Assembly (NCBI GenBank): GCA_964016885.1
Contig: OZ024746.1
Location: 95,418,001 to 95,482,000, forward strand
Source: Eledone cirrhosa
Lineage: Eukaryota
Direction: 5' to 3'
Length of the DNA: 64,000 nt
The number at the start of each line of letters is the position of its first letter. Within the stretch, counting starts at the first letter, position 1. The notes beneath the pieces were generated by a model. That model ran no database searches. It was given only the letters and a program-made list of their open reading frames with translations, and was not told where the DNA came from. The translations under genes were made by a program, and so were the position numbers. Positions 53,701-64,000 of the stretch are shown here, piece after piece.

Positions 53701-56700
53701 GTTTGTTGTGTTAATGACAATACTGTTAACACCTAACTGCTACCATGACTACCAATCAGTTGGAGATGGTTGCTTCTGACAGGACCCACCGGAAGGAGTG
53801 TTTGAGGACTCTGCCCCCACAACCCTCTCAGGAATAAGTGGGAAAAGAAGATTGAACAGTGGCCTATGTATTTCTCTCTTGTAATTAAACATAACAAACT
53901 GACACAGCCATTAGAATATTGGATAGAATGCTTTGCAGGATTCATTACAGTTCTCTGCACTCTATGTTCAAATCCCACTAAGGCCAATTTGGGTTTTCGA
54001 CCTTTTGGAATCAATAAATAAAATCGCATACTGAAGATTGATTCTTCATCTATAGCTGTTCATATTTCCTTTCTATCATTCTCTCTCTTTTACTCTGGAA
54101 GAAATTAGTTATGTTCAGACACAGAGAAGAAAGATATCTAGCCAGGTTTTAAGATGTGTAATGTCATGACGGTGGAGGTGTGTGGCCTAGTGGTATGGGT
54201 GTTGGACTTATGATCATAAAGGCATGAGTACGATCCCTGGGCTGGGTTGCATGTTGTGTTCTTGAGCAAAACACATCATTTCATGTTGGTCCAGTATATT
54301 CAGCTGAAAATGAGTACCAGTAATAGCTGGGGGGTTTAACCCTGTGATGGACTGGGATCCTGTCCAGAGGGGAGTCTTGTACTCTCAGTCACTTCATGCC
54401 ATGAAATTGGGATAAGCACTAGCCTAACAAGTTTTCTGGCTTGTGAAGAAAGAGCAGAATGTCATAACGATGCCTCTATGACAGAGTCAGTGAATTAAAA
54501 CATTTACTATAAAGTCCTAAATGGTTGGTATTAGCAAAGGTGTCCAGCCATGGAACATTTGCTCAAGTTAAGAGTACTTGGTAATGGTTACAGGAAAAGC
54601 CCCAACTGTTGAAACCCCAATCTAACTATTGTATTACTTGCACAATATTTTAATCCCCAACCCCTTAAATGTCAAACCTCATTATTAACCATGTGAGTGA
54701 GTGTAGGGGTAGGGATTACCACAAAGGAGGTATATTAAATTAGAAATAGTCTTCTATTGTTGAGACAAATACACAAGAAATGTGGATGAAAATATCAACT
54801 ACAAATTTAATGAACATTATCACAAGTAGAATGTTTTATAATATAGACTGTCCATTAGATAAGTGTATCATTTCAACCTTCTGGACGCTCTAGGTGCATT
54901 GTGTTGCTAATAGAGTAATCTCCTCTTAATACATAATACAGTGTCAAGGGAAACAATTCATTAAAAAATTCAGGGTTCTAAAGGTTAAAGGTATAAGGGA
55001 AAATGTAAGGTCCAACCCATATACCAGAATAGAAAGTGGACATAAAATATTGATAGATACTGAAATGGTTTGAGAAAAATACATTATTTTCTCCTGAAAT
55101 GAGAGGTGAAAGTTGTGTGCATTTTCCAACTGAGAATTTCCCATATTCAGTTGAGGGTAGAAATAAAGATGTATAATGTAGACTTTCTCTGCAAGTAAAC
55201 TGACAATTGATCCCAAAAGAAAAGGCTGAAAGACAAAGTATTCTGTGGTGATACAGAACAAAACAGAAGAGAAGGTTACAGAGAACAGGCTACATGCCAA
55301 CATCACATTCCACAGAGAAATTCACAGAGTAGGCAACATAACCATATAACATAGTACCTTATATCCAGCATTAAAATATTTCAACAAGACAAAAGAAAAA
55401 GAAAGACAGAAGCAGAAATGGACGTTAACAAAATAAAACACAGTAATGAAAAAAAAAAAAAAAAAGGTTTAATGAGAAAAAATTTCATCTTACATCCTTG
55501 TCATTGTTTTAATGTCCATTTTTTTCTATGCTGGTATGGGTTTGACAGGCCTGTTACATGGTATACTCTTACTCAAGGTAGTCTTTCTTCCTCAACTCTT
55601 CTGTGAGGCCTACTGTCCTGCTATCTGGTCTTACTTCTTCCTACACTGTTTCTCCATGGGTTCCAACACCACCACCTAATGTGGCAATTTTTTTACCCAA
55701 AACAGTTTTTATCATATATATCAATACCACATGCCTCTCATTCACACTTTATTTATTCTCTCTCCTACAGTCTCTCTCTCTCACATAAGCTCAGCTTTTC
55801 CTTCATGTTAACATTATATAATACACATATGGCCCTTTACATTCTGTGTTCAAATCCTGCCACGGTTAGCTTTGCCTTTCATCCTTATGGGGTCAGTAAA
55901 ATAAAGTACCAGTAAACACTAGGGTTGATTTAATCGGCTTACTCCTCCCTTTCAAATTGCTGGCCTTGTGCCTAAAGTAAAAGCAATTATATAATACATG
56001 CAACAGAACACACTTCATTTCACCCCAGCCTCACCAGATCTTCTTTATTAATTCTCCATATTCCTCTATCATACGGACTCACACTTCATACAGTTTCTTC
56101 AGTTGTTTCAAACATCAACTTAATAATGAAAAAGTTGGTTATATTCTAAATTCCTCAAAATTCTTGATTATTAACAAAATTATTTGAAATTTGAAAAGCA
56201 GTGCCTTTCATTAAAAATATGGTAACGAAAGAAGCGAACCCCTGGAGCTGACTGAATATCATTACCGTCATCATCATCACCATTTAACGTCCATTTTTCC
56301 ACACTAGCATGGGTTAGATGGGTTGTCCTGTTGTCAGGTGACCGTTTCTTGCTCATACAGAACTGTTTCTCCCTTGGTTTCTACAGCTGGATGCCCTTCC
56401 TAATGCCAACCACATTTACAGTGTGTACGGGGTGCTTTTGTTGTGACACTAACACATGTCCACCTCACAGTGTGGGCTGAGTGCTTTTGTTGTGACACTT
56501 ATACAACCACTTTACAGTGTGGCCTGAGTGCTTTTGTTGACACTTATACAACCACTTTACAGTGTGAGTTGGGTGCTTTTTGTCACGACACCTACACACC
56601 CACTTTACAGTGTGGACTGGGTGCTTTTTGTTGTGATACCTACACAACCACTTTACAGTGTGACACTCAGAATATAAATGGTAGCTTCTCCCTCCAAATG

Positions 56701-59595
56701 AAAGAGAAGTTACCAATTATTTAAATCCACTTGTGTAACAATAACAATATCAGCCATCTAGTAGATCAGTTTTCCCAAGCTTGCATAGTTTGGGCTTAAT
56801 TTGTGTGTATGTTGTAAGTTGTGCTTTCATTAATTTTTTGGCATGATTTTTTTCTCTGGCAGAATGCCCTTCCTATCACCAACCATTTGACATTGTGAAC
56901 TGGGTGCATTTTATCATGCCACCAGCATTAGATAGGTTGTCTGTCAGGACTTAAGAGTCTTCTCCACTCTGTATCAGTTTATATTCAGAGTGACTGCTCT
57001 CCTACCTGAGTTACTTTCACTATGGCTTACAGAGCCCACATCTAATAAGCATAAATACAATACAAGTATTATAGAAATATCTTTAGAAGTGTTATAGAAA
57101 TATTTTTAGAAAAAGAAAAAATTAACTTAACCCTTTTGTTACCAGCCTGCTCAGAACCACATCTAGTTCTATGATGAAAGTCAATTTTTTTTTTCACTGT
57201 TCATATTTAAATTTAACATTCCATTTTAATTTATGTAAGAACCTTTTAAGTTATGCTCCAAACATCAGCTTAATCCTTTTGAGACCAAACTACCTGAAAC
57301 CACCCCAGGTGCTACAATGCAATACAGTACAAAACCATTTATTTTAAGCCTCAGCACGTTCTAAGCACTTTATGTTGCCAATACAGTAATTTCCCCTTAA
57401 TACATAATGCAGTGTCAAGGGAAGGAATTCATTAAAAAATTCAGCGTGCTAAAGATTAATGTGTATATATTTATCTAAACACCTTCCATCATAATTTTAT
57501 GTAAAAGTTCCAGATCAATAATGAGAAAGTTAGTTATCTTAATAAATCCCTCAAATGATTGATTATTGTTTTAATAGAAAATCATAGGTGGTATATATAT
57601 ATATTATTAGAAATAGGGTAACAAAAGAGTTAAGAAATAAGCGTTTCAAAAGACAAGGAAGCAGATCAGAAAGAAAATGAAGGCTTAATTTAATAAAATC
57701 ACTCTTAAAGAATATATGAGTAACCTAATAATATGGATACCTTAACAGAACATGTGTGTGTGTGTGTGTGTGTGTGTGCACATATATATATAGGTACATA
57801 TACATATATGTACATACATACATATATGTATATATACATATATGTGTGTAGATATATATGCACACACACATATGTATGTATACATATATGTATAGACAAA
57901 CATACTCACATACATCATAGACACATACACATATATATATGTATTAGTCTCAGTTTTACTATCAACTCACTAATATTAAACTACAGAAAGGAAAACTTTT
58001 TACATCTTGTTAAAGTCAAAAAAAATCTTTAGATTTGAAAAATGTCAACAGAACGTTCCCTTAGAATGATTTTCCTTTTACTTAGTAAAATAAATAACTC
58101 TGAAAAATCGAAACTAAAAAAAGCATTATTGCCATTATTATTAATATTATTATTATTGTTGTTGTTGTTGTTGGCCTTGTGCCTAAAGTAAAAACAATTA
58201 TTATTAATATTTATTGTTTAAATATATATATATGTTTCTATGTCTTTTTCTTTTCTTTTCTTATATAAATAAAAATCCTTACACGTACAAAACCCACATC
58301 GTACCATCCTGTGCCGTCTGTAATGTTTTTCTTGATGTCAGCCCTTGTGGCCAATAAAGAAATCATTATTATTATTATTTGTGTTGGATTGGCAGTATCG
58401 GTAGAGGGTCGGACGCCATGCTTTGACGCAGAGTTACGGCCCTTGACATTCTCAGTTCAAATCCCGCCGAGGTTAACTTTGCCTTTCATCCTTACAAGGT
58501 CGATAAAATAAAGTACCAGTAATGCACTGGGATAATTGCTGGCCTTGTGCCAAAAGTAGAAATAAGTATTATTATTTGTGTTTGTCCTTCCATTTCTTGC
58601 TAAGTGTCTGACACCTAGGACAATTATTATTAGTATTGGGGTTCCTGAGTCGCCCCTGGGTGGTTCTCCCTCCTATTGGGGAATTCTGTTGTTTATATTT
58701 TTTGTTACTAGTTTTTGTTATTTTTTTTACATGATTCTATCTGCCCACTGTCCCCATTTTTGTATTGCCCTCTATGTTCGGCCCTTGTGGCCAATAATAC
58801 AGAAATCATTATTATTATTAATTATAAGAAGCTATTGTTATAACTATTATTACCAACAATAAATTATATTATTAAAATTCATATCAGGTTAACTACCATT
58901 AGTATATGTGGAAGAGTCATTTTAACCATTTATAAACACAAAAACGTAACTCTGAAAGTTTTGACACCAAGAAATAGAGGAGATATATAAAGTAAAGCTA
59001 TTGTGTTTTTAAATGGTTGAAATGATTTTCTAAGCAGTAATTGTAATATTAACATTATTATTACTATTTTTGCTATCACCATCATCAGTATCAAACAAGT
59101 GTACAGTACCACTTTAAGGTGGGGCGTGTCTCTTTAAACATCTTGTTTCAAAAGCTAGACACCTTTGAGCAATGCTGCACACATCCAGAAAATCGCAAGT
59201 CATTAAAAAAAAGCTATTGAACAGGAGCGAATAAATGAGAAGAATAGAGTAATAGTGATATAGACCCAATCAAGAAGTTTCCTTACCTGCTCAGTGCCTT
59301 TCCTTTTAGTAAACTTGAAAAAAAAAAATAGAATGAACAATGCTAAATAGACTGGATCGTATAGTTAATGGTTTTTCTCTAAATCAAAAAGATAAAGATA
59401 AGCTTAATGAATGTTTGAGATTTAGAGAGTAAAAGTAAAAACAGTCATACTACTTGAGATGGTAGTAACTGTGATAGATTTTAAGAAGTACTGATTGTTA
59501 TAATTGCTCTAGTAGAAATTTTGATTATATCCTGAACTGAATCAAAGCATCTGGTTCTACGATATAAAACTGCTCAATTTAAGTATTTATTTATA

Positions 59596-61160
59596 CAGGA
59601 TGACTAAAAAAAAAACTGCCCCCATTTTTATTTTTGTCACATTATTCACTGTTTGACAAAAACTGATGAAAATCTGAATATATTTATTTCAAACCATCTA
59701 AAACAACATATCAAAAATCCCCTATCTTCTGATGTTTCTGTCCAGAGTTACAGCACATGTTCCAAGTAATCCTCAATCTATGCATTTTATGAGGTGGATG
59801 GTGAAGTTTAGCATAACATCTTTACAAACTAACCTAGGGATGGCTCTGATCTCCTCCTTGGTGTTCTCCTTTAGTTCCGTGATGGCCCTGGATTTGTTAA
59901 TGTATACCTTATCCTTCAACTAGCCCAAAAGAAAGAAATCTGGGTGACTTAACCCTTTAGCATTCACATTACTCTATATTTACTATTGTATTTTCACAGT
60001 AAAGTCTTTATCTCATATAATTATTTCACATAATATTGAATCTATGATATTTTGATATTATTTATTTTAAGAACAATACCTTAACATCAGTATGAGGGTT
60101 CAATTACAGCCAGTTTGAACTGAAAAAGGTGAGAGAATTCTGGCCGGATATGGCCAGTTTAAATGCTAAATGGTTAAATCAGGGCTGTGTGGGACCTACT
60201 CAAAATCAGTCTTCAAACTGATCACACAATTTCGAAAGTTATTTTTCATACATTCTCACGACTCGTTGAAGGTGTGAGGAGTGGCTCAATCTTGCTAGAA
60301 CCAAAACTTATTCATTCAGTACATGATCTATAGCTCTTTTTCAAAGTCTTCCATGACCTCCACATAGTGTTCCTTTGTGACTGTAACAGTGACACCATTT
60401 TCTTCAAAGAAGAATGAGCCAATCAACTCTCTTTCAGAAATGGCAGCCCAGATGGTACATTTAGCTGAGTGGAGAAGTTTCACAGCCACTTCAGTGGGTT
60501 TCTCTGAACCCCAGAATACATTGTTCTTAGAGTTGATCATTCCAAGTGAAAGTGGGCTTCATCAGAGGTCCACAGCAGATTCAGGAAATTTTGGTTGTTT
60601 TCTATCTTCTCCAACATTTTCTCAGCCATAGCCTTTCTCTTGGTCTTATCAGCAGCAGTAATCTTTTGTTTAGTCTGTATTTTGTATGGGTACTTCTTAA
60701 GATCCTCTTTGACAACCCTTCTTCAAGTTTCTGTGGAGAAACCCAAGGATTGGCTTTTCCTGCACTGTGATTGTTTTGGGCTCTGTTCAACACTCTTGAA
60801 CCATATCAATAATTTCCTGAATATGCTTCCTGGGTCATCCAGAGTGGCTAGAATGGTCGTTAGACATTGTATTGAGGTTCTTCATTGTTCCATGGGTCTC
60901 AAACTTCTTCACTCAGTTTTGTATATTGGCTTTGAAGCGAGATTTATCTATTCCAAAAAATATATCAAATTTCTCCTTGACCTGCTTGTACAAGCCACTC
61001 ATATTTTCACACAGAAAATCCAGTGTCAGAACTCCCATTGGGGTTCTTGTTGTCTTCTCAGATGTTGTATTTGCTATGTCCTGAAATTTACGGTTGATTG
61101 GTTAGAAAATAATATACAGTGACAAAAGAGGAGCAGGGAGCAGTTTTTTTCATCACCATG
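59596..61160 (-). mobile_element. Decayed Tc1/mariner-superfamily DNA transposon, interrupted by a TTAA MITE
   Basis: TA flanks; imperfect TIRs (CAGGATGACTAAAAAA..ACTGCCCC / GGGAGCAGTTTTTTTCATCACCATG); transposase remnants INSKNNVFWGSEKP, KCTIWAAIS..LIGSFFFE, PHSPDL|SHPDFFLLG*LKDKVY with stops. Confidence 0.85.
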
Positions 61161-62654
61161 TATTTATCTAAAAAAAAAACTTCCACCTCTATTTTATTAA
61201 AGAAGCTTTGCTATGTTCCAAATACCAGCTATATAATGAGGAAGTTTGCTATATTACTAAATCCTTTCAAATTTTGCATTATTTTCCAAATTATTTGAAA
61301 ATCATAGGCAACATATTTCATTAGAAATATGGTTAAACCTAATTTGGTTTATTTTAGGGTGAGCTTTTGTTCCAAGGAAAATGTTTAACAAAAAGATTTC
61401 AAATAACAACCAGTGTGAAGTTTTGGTAGACAAGAGAAATTTTCAAGTTGAAACTATTAAAGGCACATTATACTATAAGAAAGGTTGCAGTAAAGCTTGA
61501 AAAATGAAGAAGTTTGACAAAACATTTCCAGCTATTTTAACTTTTTAAAAAGAAACTCTCATTAAGCTTTTAAATTAGAAAAATAAACATTTAAAATTGG
61601 TTTTCTATCACTATCTATACAAACTGGGTTTCTACTTTTATTCATTGAATTTTATTTTATTGTTTTTTTCACCCAAGTATGCAATGCATAATGTGATGAT
61701 GATATATGAGTATCTTGTGGCTAGCATGCTTATTTGATCATTTCTAAAGACTTAGAAATGACTGTGAGTATGTGCTCATGTGTGTGTATGAGTGTTATGC
61801 CAGTGAACGTGGCTGTTCCACTTAACACATGCATGAAAAGAAATACACTTTTATAAAAGTTTCTTTACCAAAGTGACTAGTGTGAAGAAATGCAAAAACA
61901 TTTTGATTTTCATTAATCAGGTGAACAAATCTAATACTGGGTGCCATTCTATGTCTAGTAAAAGACAAGCTCTTACATTCTTAACAACAATACAGTAAAA
62001 GAAAACTACACTTCAGTTACAATGGAGCAATATTTCAGAATTCTTAGGCATGGCTGTGTGGTTAAGAAGTTTGGCTGTTCTTTAACTCTTGATGTCCTGT
62101 AATGTTTTAGCAGAAAATATCTAAAAACTGGTTTGCTTATTTAAATAATTATAGTGTCTTTACTGGTGGACAGATTGTTGTGAAACTTTGCAATATTAGG
62201 GGAAATACTATAGATTTTAACATGATGAAGTCAAAAGTGCTGTTCTGTGCATGTTCTGTTTCAGTAATGTCCATGGGGTTCAGCACATTAAGAATTAAAC
62301 CTTCAATCATGTTAGATTCTCATTTCTTTGTTGATTTTTTTTTTTAAATTATGGTATGCATAGCTCGGAGATCAGAGTCACTCCAGGTAGAGGCACTGCT
62401 TCTCTGAATTGAGAGATCACAGTTCCAATACGACAACCATGTGGTTAGAATGACTCAGGAATGAATCACTGGACAGATTTTACAGGCAAAATCTATCAGC
62501 AGAAGACCCAGGAGTAGACCCGAGCAAGATGGTTGGATAACATCGACGAGCTTGGCTAGACCTGCCTGGAGATCAAACCAGATCAGTTGGAGATGGTTGC
62601 TTCTGACAGGGCCTGCTGGAAGGAGTGTTTGAGGACTCTGCCCCCACGACCCTC

Positions 62655-62915
62655 TCAGAAAGAAGAAGAAAGAAGAAAAAGAAGAAAAAGAAAAAGAAGA
62701 AAAAAAAGGAGAAAAATAAGAAAATGAAGAAAAAAAGAAAAGGAAGAAAAAGAAAAGGAAGAAGAAAAATAAGAAAAATAAGAAAAATAAGAAGAAAAGA
62801 AGAAAAGAAGAAAAATAAGAAAAAAAAGAAAAAAAAAAGAAAAAGAAAAAGAAAAAGAAAAAGAAAAAGAAAAAGAAAAAGAAAAAGAAAAAGAAAAAAA
62901 ATGAAAAAAAGAAGA
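62655..62915 (+). repeat. Polypurine (GAA/GAAAAA)n expansion of a LINE tail
   Basis: Directly follows the RTE 3' end; nearly pure A/G. Confidence 0.9.
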
Positions 62916-63036
62916 GGCAGTGGCAGCAGCATCCAGTTTTGTCTGTTCTCAGTAGATTGACTACCATATTGTCATCACTCTAACACTTCTGTCATTCACA
63001 TGAGAAAAGAAATAGTATACTGTTTTTATTACAGAT

Positions 63037-63511
63037 TTAACCTTTTTGGTACCAACCTGCTTGGGATTGCCCCTGGTTTTATTATATAAATTTGCCTGTT
63101 TTAGAGTGTTTGCACATATATTAAAACATTCTATCATGTTTGTTTTAAAGTGTTTATATTTATCTAAAAACCTTCCATCCTAATTTTATGTGAGAACCTC
63201 TGTTGGGTTATGTTCCAAATACCAGCTTAACCCTTTAGCATTTACATTATTCTATATTTACTATTGAATTTTCACGGTAAAGACTTACCCTAACATAATA
63301 TCAAATTTATGAGATTTTGATACTATTTATTTTGAGAACAATACCTTAACATCAGTATGAGTGACTGGTTATGGCCAATTTCAACAGAAAGGTAAAAAAA
63401 TTCTGACCGGATACGGCTGGTTTAAATGCTAAATGGTTAAGATAGTTAACTTATTTAATTCCCTCTAAATTATCTATTATTTTCAAAATAATATGGTAAC
63501 AAAAAGGTTAA
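63037..63511. mobile_element. Second TTAA MITE family (CCCTTTTG(G/T)TACC...GGTAACAAAAGGG); related ~8908-9102, 37532-38014, 39174-39531, 57128-57632
   Basis: TTAA-bounded inverted ends; this copy hosts the 63227-63440 MITE. Confidence 0.7.
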
Positions 63512-64000
63512 TAGTCAGGAAAACTTTAGCTATTATGTTCAACAGTTAGTAACTATACCTAAAGGTACATTTCATTTTTTTATTTTTATTTCTTGCACAT
63601 CTCTGGAACTTCCTTCTAATTCATGTTTTCACCTACAGTACTTTCATAAGTTCTTTCATGCTGTCCTGACATACAGTGTGTCTTGGACATTTTAACCCTT
63701 TAGTGTTCAAACCAGCCAGAAATCTCTACCTCTTTCTGTTGAAACTGGTTGTAACCGGTTGCTCAAACTGATGTTAACTGATGTTCTCAAAATAACTACT
63801 TTCAAAATCTCATAGATTCGATATTATGTGAGATAATTATGCGAGGTAAATCCTTTACCATGAAAATATAATAGTATATATAGAGTAATGTGAATGCTAA
63901 AGGGTTAAATATTAACTGTATTATCCTCTTACTCTGTCAACTATTTTGCTATCCAACCACCTAAAACCATCCCTGATTCTATGATACAAAAATGTTTATT

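Noticed and set aside
54944-55360. 120-aa ORF, and an AG|GT ratchet-like site near 55357
   Set aside because: No recognisable homology; weak donor and a pyrimidine tract distant from the AG
60595-61122. 175-aa plus-strand ORF
   Set aside because: Antisense shadow of the decayed Tc1/mariner transposase
62455-62967. Poly-Phe and poly-Lys/Arg ORFs
   Set aside because: Translation of a polypurine LINE-tail expansion

Overview
This is AT-rich, repeat-dense eukaryotic (animal) DNA; the SINE, microsatellite and MITE content looks like an octopod cephalopod, which is an inference. The window is dominated by one intron-rich gene on the minus strand, WDR7 (Rabconnectin-3 beta). I traced 18 phase-consistent GT-AG coding exons from 43411 down to the TGA stop at 3410, about 1217 aa. 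The N-terminal ~290 aa lie beyond base 64000, behind an intron longer than 20 kb. The introns are packed with two tRNA-derived SINE families, RTE/CR1/L1-type LINE fragments, a decayed Tc1/mariner element, TTAA (piggyBac-type) MITEs, hAT-like MITEs, Helitron-like elements and mini/microsatellites. Most ORFs in the supplied track are repeat artefacts. Most interesting observations: (1) a complete minimal type-I hammerhead ribozyme with a U3-A8 core variant, sense to the pre-mRNA in the last intron; (2) a candidate alternative-splicing hotspot with mutually exclusive exons and microexons in the large 5' intron; (3) a candidate alternative C-terminus; (4) a LINE/SINE pair sharing a 3' tail; (5) repeated MITE insertion at the same TTAA of that tail; (6) a twin-priming-type LINE inversion.
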